From: an uncultured Acidobacteriota bacterium
GTDB lineage: Bacteria; Acidobacteriota; Vicinamibacteria; Vicinamibacterales; 2-12-FULL-66-21
DNA: 64,000 nucleotides
Assembly (NCBI GenBank): GCA_963844245.1
Contig: CAWJNJ010000010.1
Coordinates: 260,209 to 324,208 of the forward strand
Direction of reading: 5' to 3'
The notes below the pieces were generated by a model. The model was not told the origin of the DNA and did no database searches. It was given only the letters and a program-made list of their open reading frames with translations. Positions 27,124 through 34,734 of the stretch are shown piece by piece (within the stretch, counting starts at the first letter, position 1; each line of letters begins with the position of its first letter). The position numbers and the translations under genes were made by a program.

Positions 27124-28836
27124 TCAGGATGCCCCCTTCTCGAACTTCTCCGCAAACTTCTTGCGCTGCTCGAGACTGCCGAGCATCAGCAGCACGGCGC
27201 CGGCGTCGAGCGGCGTTTTGCCCGTGAGTTGCGTCACGAGCGTGCCGCCGCGGTCCAGGGCCACGACGCTCATGCCGGTGGCACTTCCAATCCCCGAGTC
27301 GGCCAGGCGCTTGCCGCTCAGTGCCCCCGGAACAGTAATCGAAAAGAGCTCCACGCCTTCGCCCAGAACGACGAGGCGGTAGCCGCGCAACAGTGACATT
27401 ACGGCTTCGACCCCGAGCGTGGTGTAGCTGATGGCGAAATCCGCCCCGGCGCGGTGAATGGCCTCGACGTTCCGTTCGTGCGTGATTCGGCTGACGATCC
27501 GCAGCGACGGGTTGAGCCGCCGGCAGTAGACCGCCAGGTAGATATTCATCGCATCGTCGTTGGTCGTGAGGAGCACGGACGAGGCGTCGTGGATGCCGGC
27601 CTGCTCGAGCAGCCGCCGATCCGCCGCGTCGCCAGTGAAGAGGGTGGCGCCGTATTCGCCCATCGGTGCGAGAGCCTGCGGGCTGCGATCGACGGCGTGA
27701 ACCCGCGCGCCCTTCCGCATCAAGGCTCGTCCCGCGGCAACGCCGACTTTGCCGGCGCCGATGATGAGCACGGGCAGGGCCGCGCGTGCCGTTGGCGGCG
27801 TCAACGCATTGAGCGCGGCGACCTGCGCTTCCGTCCCGGCCAGCACGATCACGCTGTCGCTCTGGATGATCGAGTCGGGGAACGCGGGGCGGAGCTTGCC
27901 GCGATCCCACATCCCGACCACGCTGACGCCCGTCCGTTCGCGGAGATGGGTATCCCGCACCGTCTGCCCGGCGAGCGTGGTGTCGCGGGCCGGGAGCTCC
28001 GCGATCTGCAGTCCGCGGTAGTCGCCGATGACGTGCGCATCGTTGTCGCCGGTGTCGGTGCGGTTGGCGAGGTATTCGCCGAGCTGGTGCTTGAGCGGCA
28101 GCACGTGCGTGGCGCCACTGAGCTCGAGGACGTCAATCGAGTCCTCCTCTTCGACGATCGCCGCGATCATCAGCTTGGGCGCTGCCTCGCGCGCCGTGAT
28201 CGTGATGTTGGTGTTGACCGTGTCTTCGCAGTTGGCCAGCAAGAGCCGGGCGCCGGCCGCGTTGACCTTGCGATAGGTAGCGCTGTTGTCGTTCTCGCCG
28301 GCGATGACCGACAGGCCGTCCCCAATCATCCGCGCCGCGAGCGTCGGATCCGGTTCGATGACGTAGTACGGGATGTGTTCGGAGCGCAGCCGCTCGATCA
28401 GGCTGCGGGCGATCGGATCGAACTCGGTGAGGATCACGTGCCCGCGCGTGTCTTTGGGCACCTCGCGCGGAGCCCGCTGGCGCACGCGCGCCTCGAGCCA
28501 CGGCGCATAGAACAGGCTGATGAACATGAACGGCAGCATCACGAGGAGCAGCACGACGCCCGACATCAGGACGATGATGCTGAACAGGCGACCGGTGTCA
28601 CTGGTGAAGGTGATGTCACCGAAGCCGAGCGTCGTCATCACGACCAGCGTCCAGTAGAAGCCGGTGATCCAGGAATGCTGTTCCCCCTCGACCTGGACCT
28701 TGATGATGTGGAAGACGATCGCGTAGATCGTGATGAGCGTCAGGAGCGTGAGGATGTATTTGAGCAGCGTGCGCACGTTGCTGCGGGCTTCACGATCACC
28801 GACGAGATAGGCGAGCTGGCTGCTGGTGAATTTCAT
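27124..28836 (-). CDS. Potassium channel protein with two RCK (TrkA-N/TrkA-C) domains
   Basis: Pore helix and filter WTLVVMTTLGFGDITF. RCK Rossmann motif LIIGAGKVGVAAGRAL. I prefer ATG 28836 (MKFTSSQLAY) over the track start 28884. Confidence 0.85.
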   Translation of the reverse strand: MKFTSSQLAYLVGDREARSNVRTLLKYILTLLTLITIYAIVFHIIKVQVEGEQHSWITGFYWTLVVMTTLGFGDITFTSDTGRLFSIIVLMSGVVLLLVMLPFMFISLFYAPWLEARVRQRAPREVPKDTRGHVILTEFDPIARSLIERLRSEHIPYYVIEPDPTLAARMIGDGLSVIAGENDNSATYRKVNAAGARLLLANCEDTVNTNITITAREAAPKLMIAAIVEEEDSIDVLELSGATHVLPLKHQLGEYLANRTDTGDNDAHVIGDYRGLQIAELPARDTTLAGQTVRDTHLRERTGVSVVGMWDRGKLRPAFPDSIIQSDSVIVLAGTEAQVAALNALTPPTARAALPVLIIGAGKVGVAAGRALMRKGARVHAVDRSPQALAPMGEYGATLFTGDAADRRLLEQAGIHDASSVLLTTNDDAMNIYLAVYCRRLNPSLRIVSRITHERNVEAIHRAGADFAISYTTLGVEAVMSLLRGYRLVVLGEGVELFSITVPGALSGKRLADSGIGSATGMSVVALDRGGTLVTQLTGKTPLDAGAVLLMLGSLEQRKKFAEKFEKGAS

Positions 28837-28893
28837 AGGGGCGGTCGGCCGGGTATACTGTACTTCTTCAGTACCGCCGCACACACCCTTCGG

Positions 28894-28980
28894 GCCGGAG
28901 TGGTGAAACTGGCAGACGCGCGGGACTCAAAATCCCGTTTCCTTCGGGAAGTGTGGGTTCGACCCCCACCTCCGGCACCA
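28894..28980 (+). tRNA. tRNA-Leu (anticodon CAA), CCA encoded
   Basis: Folded by hand. Acceptor GCCGGAG/CTCCGGC, anticodon stem CGGGA/TCCCG with loop CTCAAAA, long variable arm TTTCCTTCGGGAAGT, T-arm GTGGG-TTCGACC-CCCAC, discriminator A plus CCA. The layout parallels E. coli tRNA-Leu. Confidence 0.9.
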
Positions 28981-29017
28981 ATCAAACCAGGCGATTGCGC
29001 GCGCCGTGCCTGTCGGC

Positions 29018-30058
29018 TCAGCGTTCCATCTTCTGCTTGATGTTCGCGAGCGACGCCTGCATCGCAGCTTCTGCCTCGGCCCGCACTTTGCCCCGGATCA
29101 CCGATGATCCGAAACCGGCGAGGCCGTCTGATCGGCTGCGATTGACGTTGGCGAACCAGAATCCTTCCCCCCGAGCGGGGTCGGGCACAAGGAGTCGCAG
29201 TTCAAGGGCCGTCCAGAAGTAGTGACTGGCGTACAACATCTTCGAGACCACCGCGACGTGCGACTTCTGGTCAGCAATCGTCAAATGACTGATGCGAATG
29301 GTTGGCTTGAGCCCAAATTTAAGATTCTGCCAATACAGGAAGGACTCGGCGTTCGGCAGCTTCACCTTGGGGAACTCGAGAAGATACCTTTTGAGATCGG
29401 GCAGATGAGTGGTCAGGAAGGGCATGCCCTTGACCATGGCCTCGAACTCCTGCGCGACATAGGTAGGGCGTTTCGCGTCACGGTACACAGCGAGCCGGCT
29501 ATTTCCGCCCTCCAGGTATCCGACCACGTACTCATGCGCCAGCTTTCGTATCGATCGCTCCACATCCGCCGTTGCGGCGGGTTTCGACCAATCGGTTTCC
29601 TTTTGAATACGCAGCAACGCTGCTTCGCCTAATTTCAACTCGCAAGCGCCGACCTTGCAGGTCTTCAGGTCGGCGACGTCCTCTGGAGGAAGAGTGAGCT
29701 GGTCGAATTCTTCGAGCCGCGGCGGGTCGCTGATGCGCTTCGTCACCAGGAAGCTGGCGCCCTTTTCAAACGACTCGATGTCCTTCACGGCGCTCACGTA
29801 GCGAGCCATCGGTGCATTGACCCACACGGCACCGAAGATGGCGACCTCTTTCTCAGGATCGGTTTCGAGATGCCTCGTCAGGGGCTTTCCGGCAAGCAGT
29901 TGCTGATGCTCGTCCGCTGTCAGCTTCAGGTGGGACTTGATATATGGGTCGAGCGGGACGGGGAATGACGGCTGGGCGAGTACCGCGGCGAGGCCGGCCC
30001 CGGTCAGCAGGAGTACATGTCGTCCGGCGTTCAATCCCGTCCATCGAAATGGCATCAT
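29018..30058 (-). CDS. Hypothetical exported protein (no family recognised)
   Basis: 346-aa ORF with an N-terminal hydrophobic segment (HVLLLTGAGLAAVLAQP) and a balanced, protein-like composition. The DNA is patchily more A/T-rich than its neighbours. Confidence 0.6.
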   Translation of the reverse strand: MMPFRWTGLNAGRHVLLLTGAGLAAVLAQPSFPVPLDPYIKSHLKLTADEHQQLLAGKPLTRHLETDPEKEVAIFGAVWVNAPMARYVSAVKDIESFEKGASFLVTKRISDPPRLEEFDQLTLPPEDVADLKTCKVGACELKLGEAALLRIQKETDWSKPAATADVERSIRKLAHEYVVGYLEGGNSRLAVYRDAKRPTYVAQEFEAMVKGMPFLTTHLPDLKRYLLEFPKVKLPNAESFLYWQNLKFGLKPTIRISHLTIADQKSHVAVVSKMLYASHYFWTALELRLLVPDPARGEGFWFANVNRSRSDGLAGFGSSVIRGKVRAEAEAAMQASLANIKQKMER

Positions 30059-30197
30059 GCCCTCAGTCTATGAAACATCTGGTCCTAGTGCTCACGCTGC
30101 GGTCGAGCTCGCCTGGAATGGCCTTCCTCACTCACATCTCAGAAGTTCCTCACCAGCCGCTCAAGACATCGAGACCCGGCAGGGAGATGATGCCCAC

Positions 30198-31571
30198 ATG
30201 AAAGCCGCCGCAATCTCCGCTACCGCGTTCGTCATGCTGCTCGTCGCCGTCCTGCTCGGAACCCACCGGGCCGTCGAGGGGAAGGTCGACCCGACGGTGC
30301 CGGTGCCGGTGGAGACTACCGCTGCGCCCGCACCAGTCGAGCATGCCGGCGAGGGCTTCCTCTACGGCCGCGTCACGACCGAACAGGGCACCACGTACAC
30401 GGGGCGGCTCCGCTTCGGACGCGACGAGGAGGCGTTCTGGGGGGATTATTTCAACGGCTTCAAGCCCCAGAATCCGTGGGCCGACCAGCCGCCGGTCGCC
30501 GGGCTGATGGAAAAGCGCCGCTCGTTCACGATCTTCGGGTTCGAGATCCCTCTTGGAACGGATCGCGTCGATACCGGCCGTCCCTTCATGGCGCGCTTCG
30601 GCGACATCGCGCGGCTCGAGGAGCAAGGACGCGACTTGCGGGTGACGCTCAAGAGCGGCACCGTGTTCAAGCTCGCCTGGGGTGCCGCGAACGATTTCGA
30701 CGACGGCGTGCGGGTGTGGGATGACAAGGGAGCCGTCGTGGATCTTGCCAGTTGGGCAGGTGGAATACCGCCGGCATCGCAGGTGCGGATCCGCACGATC
30801 GAGCTGCTCCCCACCGCGCCCCTGAGCGCCGTCCCCGCGCGGCTGCACGGCACGGTGCGTACGCAGCACGGCGACTTTTCTGGCTTCATCCAGTGGAACC
30901 GGCAGTCGGGTGTCTCGACCGACGAGCTCGCCGGCCGCACCGCCGATGGTCCGGTCAAGCTACGTTTCGACACCATCCGCTCGATTGTCCGTCGCACGGC
31001 GGACAGCGCGCTGGTCACGCTGGCGGAGGGCCGCGAGCTCGTGCTCGCCGGTACCCGCGACGTCGGCGAGGGCAGCGGCGGGATCTACGTAGATGACCGT
31101 CGCTACGGTCGGGTGCTGGTCTCCTGGGGCGCCTTCGAGCGCGTCGACTTCAGCGCCGCCGGCGACAGCGGGCCGTCTTACACCGCTTTCCCGCAGGGGC
31201 GCCCGCTCACCGGAACGGTGACCACCCGCGCCGGTCAGCGTCTCACCGGCAGACTGGTCTACGACCTGGACGAAAGCGAGACGACGGAAACACTCGATGC
31301 CCCGTCTCATGGCGTGGACTACACGATTCCGTTCGGCCTCGTCGCCTCGGTCGTGCCCGCTGGCAGCGAAGACCCCGACACACGCGCGTCGATGACGCTC
31401 CAGAGCGGCGAGGTGTTGCACCTGGAGCGCGCCGGCGATCTCGGAGCGGGGAACGCCGGGATGCTGGTCTTCGTCGAGGGCCGTGATCGCGCCGAGTACG
31501 TGCCGTGGCCCGAGATCGTGCGGATCGAGTTCGACAAGCCGGCGGCGATGTACCCGCCGTTGAAGCGTTAG
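30198..31571 (+). CDS. Hypothetical membrane-anchored or exported protein with three internal repeats of about 140 aa
   Basis: ATG 30198 (MKAAAISATAFVMLLVAVLLG). The repeats start GFLYGRVTTEQGTTYTGRL, ARLHGTVRTQHGDFSGFI and RPLTGTVTTRAGQRLTGRL. They end ...VRIRTIELL, ...WGAFERVDF and ...WPEIVRIEF. The track start 29937 overlaps the divergent gene. Confidence 0.6.
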   Translation: MKAAAISATAFVMLLVAVLLGTHRAVEGKVDPTVPVPVETTAAPAPVEHAGEGFLYGRVTTEQGTTYTGRLRFGRDEEAFWGDYFNGFKPQNPWADQPPVAGLMEKRRSFTIFGFEIPLGTDRVDTGRPFMARFGDIARLEEQGRDLRVTLKSGTVFKLAWGAANDFDDGVRVWDDKGAVVDLASWAGGIPPASQVRIRTIELLPTAPLSAVPARLHGTVRTQHGDFSGFIQWNRQSGVSTDELAGRTADGPVKLRFDTIRSIVRRTADSALVTLAEGRELVLAGTRDVGEGSGGIYVDDRRYGRVLVSWGAFERVDFSAAGDSGPSYTAFPQGRPLTGTVTTRAGQRLTGRLVYDLDESETTETLDAPSHGVDYTIPFGLVASVVPAGSEDPDTRASMTLQSGEVLHLERAGDLGAGNAGMLVFVEGRDRAEYVPWPEIVRIEFDKPAAMYPPLKR

Positions 31572-31591
31572 ACCTCCCGACCGATCGCCGA

Positions 31592-32068
31592 CTACTTCGC
31601 CTTGTCAACGACGGGTGGCAGGTCGCTGCTCCAGATCGTCTTCTCGGTGCGCCAGGTGTCGTTCATCTTGCGCCAGATGAACACGTACTTCCCTCGATCA
31701 CGGACGGCGCCGTCCTGATAGTTGAGCGCGTAATGACCCGTTTCGTAGGCGAGAGGTCCGTGGCCCGCCACATCTTCCGTCTCCAGGCGCAAGTTGGTGG
31801 TGCGTCCGATCAGGTCCTGGTAGAACTCTCGCAGCGGCTCGCGCCCTCGAAGCAGGGGCGCGTTGGGCGGCATGAAGACGGAGTTGTCCGCGTAGAGTTC
31901 GAGGATGGTGTCGATTTGCTTCGCGTTGAACGCCGTTGGTAACTGCTGGCTTCGTTTGCGGATGGTTTCGGTGTCACGGGTCGTGAACTCATCACGACGT
32001 TCCTCCGACGCGCAGGCGCTGACGCCGATGATCACGGCAAGGAACGCAAGTCGGACTGCATACCCCAT
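31592..32068 (-). CDS. NTF2-like (SnoaL/DUF4440-type) lipoprotein, paralog A
   Basis: MGYAVRLAFLAVIIGVSAC lipobox, preceded by GGAGG. ELYADNSVFMPPNAPLLRGREPL and TWRTEKTIWSSDLPP are shared with 40417-40893. Confidence 0.75.
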   Translation of the reverse strand: MGYAVRLAFLAVIIGVSACASEERRDEFTTRDTETIRKRSQQLPTAFNAKQIDTILELYADNSVFMPPNAPLLRGREPLREFYQDLIGRTTNLRLETEDVAGHGPLAYETGHYALNYQDGAVRDRGKYVFIWRKMNDTWRTEKTIWSSDLPPVVDKAK

Positions 32069-32172
32069 CGTTAGCCTCCCGTCCTTACTAAGCGGACAAT
32101 AGCACCCCAACCGGCGCCATAACGCTGAGAAAGTTAACCTTACGACAACGGCAACGTTATGGCTGATTACAC

Positions 32173-34601
32173 GTGCTGATCCAGGACCTACGCTATGGCG
32201 TGCGGATGATTCGCAAGGCGCCCTTGTTCAGCGCCGTCGCAATCGCCTCGCTCGCGGTCGGCATCGGCGTATCGACCGTCCTCTTCAGCGTGGCCAACGC
32301 GATGGTCCTCCGGCCGATCCAGGCCGCCAATCCCGGCGAGTTGATCCAGGTCTTCACAAGCAGCGCGGCGGGCAATCCCTACAGTGCCTCGTCGTACGCG
32401 GATTACGAGTCCTTCCGGGATCAGCCCGTGTTCAGCGGCCTCCTCGCTTCGCTGCGCGCGAAGGCCACACTGAGCCACCAGGAACGCCCCGACGTGCTGG
32501 ACGGGCTGCTCGTGTCGGGCAACTACTTCGATGTCCTCGGCCTGCGCCCCGCGCTCGGTCGCTTCTTCCGGCCCGACGAGAACCAGACACCCGGCGCGCA
32601 CCCGGTCGTCGTCCTCTCGCACGAAGCGTGGCGCCGCCGCTTCGGCGCCGATCCCGCGATTGTCGAACACGCCATCGAGTTGAGCGGCCGGCCGTTCACG
32701 GTGATCGGTGTCGCACCGGCCGGGTTTGCGGGCACGAGCATCGAGCACGATGCGGCGTTCTTCGCACCGGCGATGATGCAGGAGGTCTTGATCCAGGGAC
32801 GGGATCTCAAGAGCCGGGGTCAGCGCGCCGCCACAATCCTCGGCCGCATGAAGGCGGGCGTCACACTCCCGGAGGCCACCGCAGCATTGCAGGTTGTCGC
32901 CGCGGACCTCGCCCGGGTGGATCCTGCCGTCTGGCGCGACCAAGCCGGGCGCCCTCGCGTCGTCACCGTGCTTCCGGAAATTGAGGCGAGGTTCGCCGAT
33001 GCAGGCGAAGGCTCCGTATTGCTCATCTTCTCCAGCGTGACGGCAGGTGTCGTGGGGCTCCTCGTCATTGCGTGCGTCAATGTCGCGACGGTCCTGCTGG
33101 CACGCGCGACCACTCGGCGCAAGGAAATCGCGGTTCGGCTCGCGATGGGCGCGTCGAGGCGACGAGTGATTGGGCAGCTGCTGACCGAGTGCGCGATTCT
33201 CGCCGCCACTGGCGGTGGGCTCGGTCTGATATTCGCGCAGGCGGTTGCGAGGCTGTTCGCGCGGTTCCGGCCCGACGGTGTGCCGCCCGTCGACCTGACG
33301 ATCGATTACCGGATCCTGTTGTTCACTGCGGGAGCCTCAATCCTGACAGTCGTCTTCTTCGGACTGGCGCCGGCGCTTCAAGCCACCCGTGCCGACGTCA
33401 ACGCAGAGCTCAAGGACACGACCCGCGCGGTTCGTGTGCGCGGCTTCCGGTTTGGTTTGCGCGCCGGCCTGGTCGTGCTGCAGGTCGCCGTGTCGCTGGC
33501 ACTGATGGTGAGCGCGGCGCTGCTGCTGCGGAGCTCCCACGCCGGGCGGACGGAAGATCCCGGTTTTCGGCGAGAGAGTATCGTCAGCATCGGCATCAAC
33601 CTGACCACCGTCCCCGACATCAGCGGTGCCCGCGCCCGCTTCTATCGCGAGGCCGTGGACGCTGTCAGCGGCGTTCCCGGCGTCGAGCAGGTCGCGCTGG
33701 CCGGACTCGTGCCGATGGACGGCAGCAATAGTCAGCAGCGCATCCTGCTCGCCGGCGGCAGCCTCCGCGTCGCCCGACATCAACATTGTCGGGTCCGGCT
33801 ATTTCAGACTCCTCGACGTTCCCGTCAAGCAAGGACGCGAGTTCTCGAGCGCCGACCGGGAGTCGGCGCCGGCCGTCGCGGTCGTTAACGAGACGATGGC
33901 GAGGTCGTACTGGAATGGCGAGGCCGTGGGCAGGACCTTTACCGATGAAGACAGCGGCGAACAGGTTCACATCGTCGGAGTGGTCGGTGACCTGCGGCAT
34001 CGATCGTTTGGCGAAGCCCCGATTCCGATGCTGTATTTCTGCGCCGCCCAGCGCGCTCGGACGAGCATGACCCTTCATGTCCGAAGCTCGGTCCCGCCCG
34101 CAGCCCTGGCGCCGCTGCTGCATCGAACGCTTCATGAGATCAACCGCTCCGCCGGTCTCTCGCCGGTCGAAACGATGACGGATTACTTCGCGCGCGTGAC
34201 GCTGCCGCAGCGCCTCGGCGCCGGCGCGGCGATGACCATCGCGGTGCTGGAGTTGATGCTCGCGGTGATGGCGCTCTACGGCGTGATCGCGTTCTCGGCC
34301 TCGCAGCGGCGGCGGGAGATCGGCCTGCGGATGGCGCTCGGGGCGTCGAGCCGGTCGGTCGTGTCGCTGATCATGCGGGAAGGCCTGGTGCTGACAACCG
34401 CCGGTCTCGTGATCGGGATTGGCCTCGCGGCAGCGGGCGGAATCGCGCTCGGCAGCTTGCTGATCGGCATCAGCCCGGCCGATCCGGCGAGCTTCGCCGC
34501 CAGCGTCCTCATTCTGTTGCTCGTTGGCGGCCTCGCCAGCTACATCCCCGCCCGGAGTGCCCTCCGCGTCGACCCAGAGTACCGCTCTCAGAAGCGAGTA
34601 A
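32173..34601 (+). pseudogene. ADOP-family MacB-like permease 1 (FtsX x2), lacks the N-terminal extension. Frameshifts near 33760 and 34573
   Basis: Starts LIQDLRYGVRMIRKAPLFSAVAIASLAVGIGVSTVLFS. The second frame continues DINIVGSGYFRLLDVPVKQGREF...VVGDLRHRS... A third shift restores the canonical ending RVDP..STALRSE before TAA at 34599-34601. Confidence 0.8.
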
Positions 34602-34605
34602 TCGT

Positions 34606-34633
34606 CTCTCCATCTACCATTTTCCATCCCCGC
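34606..34633 (+). repeat. Heptamer array (CTCTCCA TCTACCA TTTTCCA TCCCCGC), TTYCCAT family
   Basis: Period-7 reading by eye, immediately 3' of the ADOP-1 stop. Same family and orientation as 40378-40412, and the reverse complement of 37390-37417. Confidence 0.6.
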
Positions 34634-34651
34634 GTTCATCCCTCCGAATTC

Positions 34652-34705
34652 ACTTGTAGACAATCGACAACGGAACTTTTAGTCTTGTCGAGCGTCTACA
34701 CAAGT
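34652..34705 (+). promoter_or_regulatory. Long imperfect hairpin whose arms each read TTGT-N9/11-ACAA (possible PadR-type operator pair or attenuator) upstream of ADOP-2
   Basis: Left arm acttgtagacaatcgacaa, 14-nt loop, right arm ttgtcgagcgtctacacaagt. The GGAGGA RBS and ATG 34735 follow. Confidence 0.35.
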
Positions 34706-34734
34706 CACACCGACGTTGTCGTGGAGGATCCCCA

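Noticed and set aside
27454-29040. 528-aa plus-strand ORF
   Set aside because: It is antisense to the K+ channel gene and reads straight through the tRNA-Leu gene.
28981-32110. Integrative element or genomic island at tRNA-Leu
   Set aside because: I saw no integrase, excisionase or other mobility gene, and no direct repeat of the tRNA 3' end by eye. It is kept only as a compositional oddity in the findings.
32111-32172. ATAACG...CGTTAT inverted repeat upstream of ADOP-1, as a PadR operator
   Set aside because: The arms are only 6 bp, separated by 29 nt. That is too weak to distinguish from chance.
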